Shown piece by piece: positions 44,411-54,084 of a stretch of 64,000 nucleotides of DNA (positions are counted from its first letter, which is position 1; each line of letters opens with the position of its first letter). The DNA is from Naegleria gruberi (Eukaryota). Below the pieces are notes generated by a model. That model made no database searches and was not told the origin of the DNA. It saw only the letters and a program-made list of their open reading frames with translations. The stretch is from assembly GCA_000004985.1 (NCBI GenBank), contig GG738846.1. One strand, 5' to 3'. The position numbers and the translations under genes were made by a program.

Positions 44411-44977
44411 ATTTTTCACTAGTTTTGAATATAACACTACTAGTGCTTAACTACTAACACAACCCTCCATCATCATTACATCAACATTTAAACAATCTGC
44501 CAACATTTTGTCATGTTGTATTGCTGGTCGCACAAACGTGATCATCAATATCTTGCGTTGACAAACTTGAAGATTGGTTTATTGTTTTTTTTTTGATTGT
44601 TTAAATGTTGACACCATTGTAAATATCTGAAAACAGCCGTTTCATTCTAGGAGCTGTAAAATAACAAAAATAAATAAAAAGTATAAAATTATTCATTATC
44701 AAACGAAAATTTTACTTTTAAATTATAATCGAGATATTTAATCTCCCTTAAATATAACCAAACACTTGGTTTATTTGGTAGTGTATTGATTTTAGCATTG
44801 TTACAAAACCGACAATGAATCTGTAAACATTAACTGAATCTCAGAGTGATGTTGAACTGTTTTACATAATACTGCTGAATGTGTTAATAAAAACTCAAAT
44901 CTCAGTAAAACAAATACAATGTTGAATCTCAGTAGTTGGCTCAATAACAATAGGAATATTCGTAAATTTGAGAGATT

Positions 44978-46570
44978 TTAATTTTCTTGTACTGACAAAT
45001 AATATTCAACAATGGTTAATAAATGTTTTGGGGGAATTCTCTCTTCAACAAATGATCTATCAATAAGTAAATTGGTTTTTGAAGCATGAGAATTGTTAGA
45101 GCTTGCTATAAAATTGAAACTGACATGTCCTGACTTCTTTTTCATATGTTCCTTGGCTTGTAATTTTTCTTGTTTGTCAATTTCCTCTCTAAAAAAAGAC
45201 TTGAGAGGATCTGAACTAGGTCTCCTCTTTACAATATGACTGTCTCTTCTTTCAATTCCAACAAGATTATTTGATGCTTTTGCTATTTGTAAATTGGCTA
45301 CAAGCGAGCCACTTGGGATACTAGAAACATCATCATTACTTAAACTGTGCTTTTTCAAACGTTCTGAAATACTACTACTTGGAGATCCAACAGATGATGA
45401 AGGTGTAGTTGGACTCTTACTACTATTATTATTACTTCCCCAGTTGTTACTATTAATCATTAGGAGATTGTTGGTGGTATTGGCTGGTGATGATTGTGAA
45501 ATGGAATTTCTCAAATGGTGTGAGAGTGAATTCCTTTGTGAATGAGTTACATAGGATGGATTGGAGATGGTCTTTCTAAATGCTTTTTTAATTTCATCAC
45601 TCAAATGTTTCTTGATGTGGGAATCATTGAATTCTAATGAATTATTTTGAGAGATTAATTCGTGTGAATTTTCATTGAGCCAAGTGTTAAAATCCCACTC
45701 TGATAGAAAATTGTCGAGTTCTCTGGTTTTCTGTTCCTCTTGTTGTCTTAGCATTTCTTGTTGGAGAATTAATTGTTGAACGTGTTCTTGTTGTTGTGTG
45801 AGTGAATATCCATCCTTCCATGAATATATTGCTTTCTTGTTTCTATTGATAATTAAAACTCCAGGTTGAGTAAATCCAGTATTTAGCTTGTTATCTACAT
45901 TGAATAATTGTTTCCATTTAGTTTCGAAAAATTCCACTATAAATTTTTCATCAATTTCAATATTATTTACATTGTTAGGTGAGTCGTCATCATTGTCATC
46001 ATCACTAATAATTAGTGAAATATCATTCAATTCACTACCAATCGTATTTCTATTATGTGTATTGGTGGTACTTGAAAAGGCATCGTGTGAATCCCTCTTG
46101 TAATGATCTTTGTAATCTTCATGATTATGTTGTTTCTGTTGCTGGATTTTTGTTCGTTTCTGATTTGAATCCTGTTCATTCTTTTGTTTTCTATTTTTTT
46201 TCTTTCTATTGTTCTGAGCTTGTTTCTTATCAATAAATTCAATAATTTCAAATAGATAATCTGTAATTGTACTTCCAGTTTTTGTCATGTATCTATTCTT
46301 GTACATATTTTCAACCTTATTGTAAACTATTGAACCTTTCATGACACAATTCATATTATACTTTTCTGCCAGAATCATTCTTTCATCACTCACAATTTCA
46401 AATCTCAAATTTAATTGATTTTTTAATTGGATGGCTTGCTCTCTTGTTCCTGAAATGATGGCAGCCATATTTCCTCCAAATTCTTTTGAAATTTTATCCC
46501 ACAGAATTTTATCTAATTGTTGTAAATAATTTACACATTCTTCACACCATATTCCTCTATATAGTAATGT
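44978..46570 (-). CDS. Thioredoxin-fold AhpC/TSA-type (PRXL2-like) redoxin domain followed by about 400-aa low-complexity tail; 5' exon or exons not resolved.
   Basis: Frame is open upstream of the track's M to 46540 with no ATG, so an upstream exon is implied. LYRGIWCEECVNYLQQL...AAIISGTREQAIQLKNQLNLRFEIVSDERMILAEKYNM parallels peroxiredoxin FYPLDFTFVCPTEI...IGASVDS...IPLVSDPKRTIAQDYGV. CxxC motif WCEEC. The tail is rich in N, S, K and Q. Confidence 0.4.
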   Translation of the reverse strand, partial: TLLYRGIWCEECVNYLQQLDKILWDKISKEFGGNMAAIISGTREQAIQLKNQLNLRFEIVSDERMILAEKYNMNCVMKGSIVYNKVENMYKNRYMTKTGSTITDYLFEIIEFIDKKQAQNNRKKKNRKQKNEQDSNQKRTKIQQQKQHNHEDYKDHYKRDSHDAFSSTTNTHNRNTIGSELNDISLIISDDDNDDDSPNNVNNIEIDEKFIVEFFETKWKQLFNVDNKLNTGFTQPGVLIINRNKKAIYSWKDGYSLTQQQEHVQQLILQQEMLRQQEEQKTRELDNFLSEWDFNTWLNENSHELISQNNSLEFNDSHIKKHLSDEIKKAFRKTISNPSYVTHSQRNSLSHHLRNSISQSSPANTTNNLLMINSNNWGSNNNSSKSPTTPSSSVGSPSSSISERLKKHSLSNDDVSSIPSGSLVANLQIAKASNNLVGIERRDSHIVKRRPSSDPLKSFFREEIDKQEKLQAKEHMKKKSGHVSFNFIASSNNSHASKTNLLIDRSFVEERIPPKHLLTIVEYYLSVQEN

Positions 46571-46635
46571 GATTTTGATTGTATATTTTTATGTATTTAT
46601 ATACAATAAAATTAGGATTTTAAAAAGAATGTACA

Positions 46636-47556
46636 TTAATCACACACATACCTAATGAAAATGAGAATTACAAAATTTGCCTTCCTCTTCTTTTTACTAA
46701 TAGTACTATTACCATTTGGAGAATCATTTGGTTTGTTATTCTTTGAAAATTTAACCGAATACCTAGAAGAGGATAAAGTTTGAGATGAATTATTATTATT
46801 ATTGGGAGGAGTTGATGATGATGTTGTGGATGGAGAAAAGAGTTTAAATATTGATCTTCTCTTTTCAGGTGTTGTGTTGGTTGATTTTCTATTGGAATTA
46901 TTTTGAGAATTATTGAGTGATGATGATAGTGATGGAGGTGGTTGTCCATTTGAGGAGTAAATTTGTCGATGTAAACTTGATGAATTATTGGAAGGAGTAT
47001 GAACAAATCCATTTGATGAAGTACTCTTTCTCTTTGAATCAAAATCATTCATCGAAAATACACCACCTCCATCACCATTTGTTGTTGATATTACTATATT
47101 CGAAGTATTATTATTATTATTATTACTATGATTATATAAATTATTATTTGTGTAATTATTATTGGGAAGAGAGCTAGTCGTACTAGTGGTATTATTAACA
47201 AATGATTGATTGGTGGAGGGTGTACCTTTCAACTTGGTACTATTTCTTCTATTGAAAAACCATGATTTCCTCTTTGAATTATCTTCTTGTGATGTTGATG
47301 CCAATGATGATGATGGTTGAAGTGGAGGAGATGATGAAGTAGAATCATTTAAAAATTGTTGTTGTTGTTGTTGTTGTTCGAGGAGTGAATTATTATTGCT
47401 AGTTGAATTATTGAGTGAGGAGGAATTATTGGTAATTATTGATGAAGAAATTGATAATTCATTATCGGAGGAGGAGGAGCATTGAGGAATTTTAAATAAA
47501 CTTTTCAATGTAAAATACATTGAACATTTATCTAAAAACAGTGTACGATTGGGCAT
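46636..47556 (-). CDS. Low-complexity Asn/Ser/Gln-rich hypothetical protein, 306 aa.
   Basis: ATG at 47556. Poly-Q (QQQQQQQ) and poly-N (NNNNNN) tracts with S/T-rich linkers. No recognisable domain. Coding status is supported only by ORF length and codon usage. Confidence 0.35.
   Translation of the reverse strand: MPNRTLFLDKCSMYFTLKSLFKIPQCSSSSDNELSISSSIITNNSSSLNNSTSNNNSLLEQQQQQQQFLNDSTSSSPPLQPSSSLASTSQEDNSKRKSWFFNRRNSTKLKGTPSTNQSFVNNTTSTTSSLPNNNYTNNNLYNHSNNNNNNTSNIVISTTNGDGGGVFSMNDFDSKRKSTSSNGFVHTPSNNSSSLHRQIYSSNGQPPPSLSSSLNNSQNNSNRKSTNTTPEKRRSIFKLFSPSTTSSSTPPNNNNNSSQTLSSSRYSVKFSKNNKPNDSPNGNSTISKKKRKANFVILIFIRYVCD
47107..47125. repeat. (TTA)6 microsatellite inside low-complexity coding sequence (poly-Asn on minus strand).
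   Basis: TATTATTATTATTATTATTA. Confidence 0.8.
47357..47378. repeat. (TTG)7 / (CAA)7 trinucleotide microsatellite encoding the poly-Gln tract of the 46636..47556 gene.
   Basis: Perfect tandem TTGTTGTTGTTGTTGTTGTTG on the plus strand. Confidence 0.9.
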
Positions 47557-47593
47557 TGTGGTTGGTCATTCAAATGTTTTTGATTCACAGGTG

Positions 47594-47611
47594 GTGTTGT
47601 TGTTGTTGTTG
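47594..47611. repeat. (GTT)6 microsatellite in the spacer just upstream of the 47556 start.
   Basis: GTGGTGTTGTTGTTGTTGTTGTGG. Confidence 0.85.
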
Positions 47612-47951
47612 TGGGATAGACAGCTATTTGACGTTTTTTATTTAAATAACATGTCAACCTTCAACTGAACTTGGGGTAATAAAATGGCGCACAGTGAGGA
47701 CCTTGTTTGAAAACTAGTTGGATTTAAGGCAAGTAATAATTCAAAGAACTAATTGTCCAGTTTCATTCCAATTCTTATTGTAATATTAAATTAGAATCTC
47801 CTTTCATTTCTTGAAATTGTCTTGCCAAATTTGAAAATGTTTTAATATAGTTTTTATCCATAAATGTATATTAACTATTTATCGAAGGTCCATGTAATAT
47901 TTACAAAAAGATTCATGTTCGAAAGAGGGGAGTTTAATAATTCGAAAAAGA

Positions 47952-48605
47952 ATGCAACCAAAATTCAATTCACACATTACACTTGCAGTTATTTTAGTAC
48001 TAGTAGTACTACTGTTGACTATTAATCCAACGAGGGCTCATATTTCATGGGGAAAATGTAAAGATACCATCAAGGCCATGGAAAACTTTCAATTGGCTCA
48101 ATTTACAGGAAATTGGTTAGAAATAGCCAAGTACAGAAATTATTACGAAAGAGGAGTTTGTCAAAAAATAGATTTCACAATTAATCCAAACAATACAACT
48201 CAAATTCTTGTCAATGCCTCAGAGTATAGGAAGGGGTCCTCTCGTTCTATGAATGCTACAGCAAGTGCAATTTCTTCCGATACTCCTGCTCAATGGATTC
48301 TCTCAGTAAATGTTACTAGAAAGTGTAAGAAGAAACTAATTCATTACACAATTGAAACTCCACTCATGGTATTAGATACAGATTATTCAAATTATGCAAT
48401 TCTCTACTCTTGTAAGAATACTAAATTTGAACTTTTTCATAAGGAATATTTGTGGATTTTGGGAAGAAGAATTGATAGCATTTCTGAAACAATGATGAAT
48501 GATTTATTTAACAAACTGAAAGATTTAGAAATTTCTAGAAAGTATATAATGTTTTCAAGACAAAACTATTGTTCAGTAAGAAGAAGAGGAAAGAAAGATG
48601 ATTAA
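47952..48605 (+). CDS. Lipocalin of the apolipoprotein D / bacterial Blc type, with signal peptide.
   Basis: GKCKDTIKAMENFQLAQFTGNWLEIAKY matches ApoD [27 protein letters not shown] (SCR1 GxW). LDTDYSNYAILYSC matches LATDYENYALVYSC (SCR2). YLWILGRR matches FAWILARN (SCR3). Confidence 0.8.
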   Translation: MQPKFNSHITLAVILVLVVLLLTINPTRAHISWGKCKDTIKAMENFQLAQFTGNWLEIAKYRNYYERGVCQKIDFTINPNNTTQILVNASEYRKGSSRSMNATASAISSDTPAQWILSVNVTRKCKKKLIHYTIETPLMVLDTDYSNYAILYSCKNTKFELFHKEYLWILGRRIDSISETMMNDLFNKLKDLEISRKYIMFSRQNYCSVRRRGKKDD

Positions 48606-48943
48606 CAAATGCTATATGAAATATAAATTGAGATCAATAAATTTGAATTCAATATTAAATGAAAAGCAAAATTATCCTAATTAATGAATCTGCTTACTGA
48701 ATCTTTAATTAAATACTCTGCTGTATACTACTGAGAGCATTACTATTCATGAAGTTAAATTTTTGTAATAATTGCAATATTTTTATTAGAAGTGTTTCAT
48801 CTAACACAGGACCTTTGAAACTAATGCAGGAGTGAGTGTCCCACTTCTCCTCTAGCCATGGAAGGAAATGCTGACTTCTAAATTAGATAATATATTTACA
48901 ATTTATTTACAATAAATTATGCAACAAGTTGCTCGTTTCAAAA

Positions 48944-50410
48944 TTATTCAGTACTTTCCCAAATATTTGTAGATCCATGATTCATTGTTTCAAAGAAGGA
49001 TTTATCTAATCCTCTCTTCTCCAAATTGCTTTCCAAATCAATCTTTGGTTGCATTATTGGCTCAGTGGTTAAAATGAAAGTTCCCCAGTGCATACCAATT
49101 TGTTTTTTTGATTTGACATCTAGAGCAATCTGTACAGCCTCTTCTGGGTTAATGTGTTGTGGTTTCATCATCCACCTAGGTTCATAAGCTCCAATTGGAA
49201 TAAATGACATGTCAATTGGGCCATATCTATTACCTATTTCTGTAAAACATTCAGAAGAATAACCGGTATCACCAGCAAACCATAATTTGAACTTTCTAAT
49301 CTTTTCTTGTTCAATTGTATCAACATTCTGTACTGTTTCAATGTTATCATGATCTTTGATAAATTGGAATTCAACACCCCAAGATCCCCACAATGCCTCA
49401 TTTTTATCGAAACCTGATCGCAATGACCAATGCTGAGCTGGAAGGAATGTGAAGGTAATATTAGAATCAAATTTCAATTGAGAATCAGTTTTGTGTTTCA
49501 TAGATGTGTTAAAACTAACAGATTTCCACCAATCCAATTCCACTAGTTTCAAACTGCTCAATTCCTTGTGGTTCTTTTCCTGATAAAATTTTTCCATCCA
49601 TGAATATTTCATTCTCAATGGAAGTAAAATTATTGGATCATGATGTTGTTGAATCTTAATGAGTGCATTATAATCAAGGTGATCATAGTGATTATGTGAG
49701 ATAATTATGTAATGAATTGTTGGAAGATTTTCAATATCTATTGGAAGGGGTTTTATGCGTGAAGGACCAAAATATTGTGAAGGACTGCATCTTTCTGAAA
49801 ATACAGGATCTGTGAGAATATTTACACCTCTGTATTGAATTAAAAATGTAGAATGTCCAATCCAAGTTACTTGTGGAGTAACATTATTGTCACCTTTGAC
49901 TGATCGAATATCAGGATTGAATAAAAGATCCGTATTTGGTTTGATTTGTGGAAGTTCTGTATCGGAAGGAATTTGTGGTTTGTTCTTTGCCATTTCTCTT
50001 TGAAATTTTATAACATCCGTTGTAGAAGCTGATTTAAACCCTTCGTATGGATATTGAAATTCAGTTAATTTACCATCATTTTTTACAATCCAATGAGAAG
50101 GTATTGTATTTGAATAGTTATTATCCCTTCTAACTTGTTCTACATAGTGTTTGTATGAATACTTATTTTCCTCCATTTGTTTTTCAATACATGATCCTAT
50201 AATTTGAGTAGTAGTTTCATCATTTGCTGATAAAGATGGTTGTTGATGGCTTGCTTGTTGTCCCATTTTTTCCGAAGGTTCTGTTTTCCTTCCGTGTAAA
50301 CATGTTGTAAAATTGCGTCTTGAAACCATTGTCTTATTGTGAGAATAAATATTTGTCAAGCAGTAGTTGTTGAAAATAATATTATTATTATTGAATTTGC
50401 ACCTTAGCAT
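48944..50410 (-). CDS. NAPEPLD: N-acyl-phosphatidylethanolamine-hydrolysing phospholipase D (NAPE-PLD, metallo-beta-lactamase fold).
   Basis: [68 protein letters not shown]...FAGDTGY...[23 protein letters not shown]...HWGTF is colinear with human NAPE-PLD ([40 protein letters not shown]...[12 protein letters not shown]...FAGDTGY...[23 protein letters not shown]). The start may be ATG at 50410 or the internal MVSRRNF. Confidence 0.85.
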   Translation of the reverse strand: [488 protein letters not shown]

Positions 50411-50446
50411 TTTTTATTTGTAAGGAAATTTAATTTATGAGAAAAT

Positions 50447-50512
50447 CGGTGTGAGCGCACTCTTGCAGTTCTATTGGGATGGACCTTTGATTATGGTTTT
50501 GTGCGCACGAAG
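50447..50512. other. GC-rich imperfect inverted repeat (GTGAGCGCAC ... GTGCGCACGA) about 40 nt upstream of the NAPE-PLD start codon.
   Basis: GCGCAC / GTGCGC arms about 45 nt apart in an otherwise AT-rich spacer; could form a hairpin in DNA or RNA. Confidence 0.25.
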
Positions 50513-50788
50513 CTAACAAGGTATTGTTGCTTATCTATTTCATTTGGTATTAAGTGGGTGCATCTTTCTTTGGTTTATTACTTCCTGCCATTAACCATTT
50601 CTCAAATAATGATTTAAAATTGGAAATGCTATTAGTGGTTGGATTGAGTTTTCTGTTTAGCTCACCATGTCTAACATCAAACAGTCAATTAATGTTCAAA
50701 CTCTCTATTCTTTTCTTTTTTATTGGTTTTGTTGTAAATTATCGATGGTTTTGGATTGGTTTGAAATAAATTTTACAAAATAGAATAT

Positions 50789-51613
50789 TTATTTACCAAT
50801 ACAGGAAATACACACTCTAATTAATCCTAATATGATACCACAACAACATGCCAGTACAGGTACAGTTACTCCTACCACTATACCTGCAATGGCACCACCA
50901 CTCAAAGGTTCACATCCATCTCTATTCAAATCATTGGCTAATTTGAAAAATCTCGCTCTTTCACAACCAACAAATGATGTAAAAGTTCTTCCCACATAAC
51001 TTTCCATTTGACTTTGAAGACTTTTCCCACCACTAGACCAATAATAACCATTTGTAACACGAATGGCTGGATTGTCACATTGAGATTCATCACAAAAATA
51101 CTTGATTGTTGGATTGAAAACTGTAGTGTCCAAATCAATACTATTCTTCAAGGGACCATTCACATAAATTTGAGTCAACCTTGGTCCAAAAGATTTGTAT
51201 TCATCTGAAATCTTTAGTTTAAAAGTGACTCTCTTATCAGAGGACACTACAAGTATTGTTTCCTTGATTGGAAAATTAATTGCAATCTCAATAGGTTCAT
51301 TATCAAGAGCTTCAGAAACGACAAAATAAAGTACAGCTGGAGCTGCTTGCCAAGGATATAATTTAGATGAAGTTAAATTTGCAGGATTATTCTCTACTAC
51401 AATTGCATCTCCATCAGCAATTTCACATTGGAGGCAGAAAAAACATGGATTTAATACTCCGTATAAAGCTTTTGTAAGTCTTTGATATCCACTTGCTGCA
51501 TAAACAGCAGATAGTACCACAAGCAAACCACAAGTGACGACCCATAAAGTTCTTCTTTTTATCATCATGGCTGATGATGAAATATTGTTGGCTGATACAT
51601 TTAATTGTTTCAT
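50789..51613 (-). CDS. Hypothetical single-pass (or bitopic) membrane glycoprotein with Cys-rich C-terminal TM (CCC cluster).
   Basis: ATG at 51613. N-proximal TM LWVVTCGLLVVLSAVYAA, ectodomain with paired Cys, C-terminal TM AIAGIVVGVTVPVLACCCGIILGLI. Confidence 0.4.
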   Translation of the reverse strand: MKQLNVSANNISSSAMMIKRRTLWVVTCGLLVVLSAVYAASGYQRLTKALYGVLNPCFFCLQCEIADGDAIVVENNPANLTSSKLYPWQAAPAVLYFVVSEALDNEPIEIAINFPIKETILVVSSDKRVTFKLKISDEYKSFGPRLTQIYVNGPLKNSIDLDTTVFNPTIKYFCDESQCDNPAIRVTNGYYWSSGGKSLQSQMESYVGRTFTSFVGCERARFFKLANDLNRDGCEPLSGGAIAGIVVGVTVPVLACCCGIILGLIRVCISCIGK

Positions 51614-51801
51614 TTTTTAATGAAAAGATAAGTTCACAGGTAACGACAAGTATTGTTTAAAAACCGTTTAAAATTGTTCTGACATGTTCAAATGGTCGAC
51701 CTTTCGCAAATTCTTATTAGAAATGATTAAATAGCTTATTGGAAAGTTTATTAAACTTCAAATTTTATAATTGTATCTACAACTTTATCGAAATCAATAC
51801 A

Positions 51802-52221
51802 ATGTATGTGAATTTTGTTGAAACGGAGAGAGATTCTCCTACCAAACTCCTTTCAAATAACAACAAAAAAATGAGCCAACAACAAGAATCGGCACCTCTC
51901 AACGCTTCCTACTATTCTAAAAATCAAGACAATGTTCCGTTTGTGATTAATAGTGATGAAGGAGGATATGAAGTAAATCCACAAATAACAATAGTTGATG
52001 CAGAGAGTGATAAAAAGGCCTTTTGGTTATTTGTGCTCGGATTTCCAATCTTTTTCTTACCGCTGTGGATTGTTTGCTGTATTCTCTATGCCCGATCGAA
52101 GAGTGAAAAGGCAAAGAAATATGGAGTGATGAGTGGATATTTTGTAATTTTTAACTTTGCATTTTGGGTACTGGTGATCCAATTTGTTATCGTTCCTCTG
52201 GCCATGATGTACTCAAAGTAA
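51802..52221 (+). CDS. Small hypothetical membrane protein of about 139 aa from the first ATG, with two C-terminal TM helices.
   Basis: The track's 51739 start is TTG; first in-frame ATG is at 51802. TM helices FWLFVLGFPIFFLPLWIVCCILYA and YFVIFNFAFWVLVIQFVIVPLAMM. Confidence 0.35.
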   Translation: MYVNFVETERDSPTKLLSNNNKKMSQQQESAPLNASYYSKNQDNVPFVINSDEGGYEVNPQITIVDAESDKKAFWLFVLGFPIFFLPLWIVCCILYARSKSEKAKKYGVMSGYFVIFNFAFWVLVIQFVIVPLAMMYSK

Positions 52222-52515
52222 ATAATTAATAGATATGAAAACCAGTTGAAAAAAAACATTTGAAAAATAATTTAATTGTGTGCATAGTAAAATAGTAACT
52301 TATTTCGAGAACACTTCAATAAATCATTTTAAACTATTTTAATAAATAAATTATCTTTTTATTAAATTAATTGTTAATGTAAATGGAAAACTATTTTTTG
52401 GCGGCAATTAATTTTTCACCCTTGCGCCCTGCCACAATTTTTTTGAGGTGGTAAAAAATTGTTTCCCGCCATCGACAATGTAAAGAGGAAAATACTTTAA
52501 AAAAAATACACAACA

Positions 52516-53941
52516 ATGGAATTGAAGTCTTTGCCAGTCACCTTGCTTTCTGGTTTCTGTGATACCTCCAAATATGCATTGATTAAAAAAGTTGCTGAAA
52601 ATACCGACAATTTGAAAGTACTCATCTTTGCTTGTCATTTGGAAAAGTGTAAGTTTTGAAAAGCTTGTGGAGAAATTTACCTAGTTGTTGAAAATAGTAC
52701 ATTTGGATGAATCTAAGGTTGAAAAGAAGACTGATGAACAAATCACTTTGAAAAACAAGTGTTTAATTGTCAAATTGACTGATCTTTTCTTTGAACAACT
52801 CAGTGATCATGTATTGTCTAAGGAATTTGATTATTGTCTTTTGGAAACTAATACATATGACGATCTTGAAGGAATGAAGGAAATGTTTTTAACTGATTTG
52901 GATGCTCATGACGAAGAACACGAACACACTGATGAGTGTGAACACTCCGAAACAACCATGAATCAGTTGGCTCCAATTTCTAATATTGCCACTGTTGTTG
53001 ATGCTGCTACTATTGTAAATGATATTAGAACTGAAGAAACTCTTGTTGATAGATTTGGTGAAAAGGTACCAGGTGCTGAAAACAGACATATCCCATTCTT
53101 GATTGTTTCTCAAATTGAAGATGCTAAAATCATTGTTATTAACAATGCTGAAAAGGCCGAAAACATTGAAGAAGTTCAAGCTTTAATTAAAAAGATTAAT
53201 GGAAAGGCCAAGGTCTTTACTGCCAAGAATTGTGATATCAGTCCTAAGGAACTTTTCGGAACTGAACTCTTCTCATTGACTGATTCAAAGAGTCAAGTTC
53301 CATCTTGGTTGAGCGAAATTAAGGGTGAAATTAAGTCTGAAACAATTTCTGGCATTTCAAGTTTTGTTTATAGAAGAAGAAAGCCATTCCATACTGAAAA
53401 GATTTACAAATTCATCTATGGTAGCGACTACTTGAATAAGGAATCAGGAGTCATTAGAAGTAGAGGTTTAATTTGGTTATGTACTAGAAATGATGACTGT
53501 TGTGATTGGAATCATGTTGCTCAAATTGCTGAAATTACCAACGCTGGTAAATTCTTTTCCTCATTAGATGAAGAAATTATTGCTGATTTGGAACCAGAAA
53601 TGGTTGAAGAATTAAAGGCCAATTGTGAAGGACCACACGGAGATAGAAGATGTGACCTTCTCTTTATTGGTAAGAATATGAACCAAAAGGAAATTGAACA
53701 AAAGTTGGATGAATGCTTAATTTCTGATGAAGATTTGGCTAAGGGCCCAACTCACTATGAAACTATGTGCGAAGATGAATTCCCTGAATTTGAAGAGTTA
53801 GATCATTTACTTGAAGATGTTTCTGATGATGAAGAAGATGAAGAAGAAGATAAGGATGCTGATATTGACATTACTTCGACTCCAAAGAGAAAGAGAAACG
53901 ATGACTCCTCAAAAGGTGCCAAAAAGACTAAGAAGGATTAA
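52516..53941 (+). CDS. CobW/ZNG1 (COG0523)-family homolog with degenerate GTPase P-loop and lost CxCC metal motif; acidic C-terminal tail. Two exons, about 52516..52648 and 52698..53941; GTAAGT...AAAATAG intron of 49 nt.
   Basis: SLPVTLLSGFCDTSKYALIKKV matches CobW/ZNG1 [22 protein letters not shown], so the Walker A GxxGxGKT is replaced by GFCDTSKY. NKCLIV replaces the NGCLCC metal motif. FDYCLLETNTYDDL matches FDYILLETTGLADP (conserved). C-terminal CobW_C-like SGVIRSRGLIWL. A TAG at 52682 forces the acceptor to be downstream of the track's TTG start. Confidence 0.6.
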
Positions 53942-54084
53942 AACTCGACTACGAACTAGGATAGTAAATTGTGTGTAACAAATTACTAAATCATAATTTC
54001 ATTTTTACATTGTTAAAATCTCTTATCCTGATATTGTAACAAAATACACGTTTGTAAAAAATTACTTTTTATCTTAGCTTTTCA

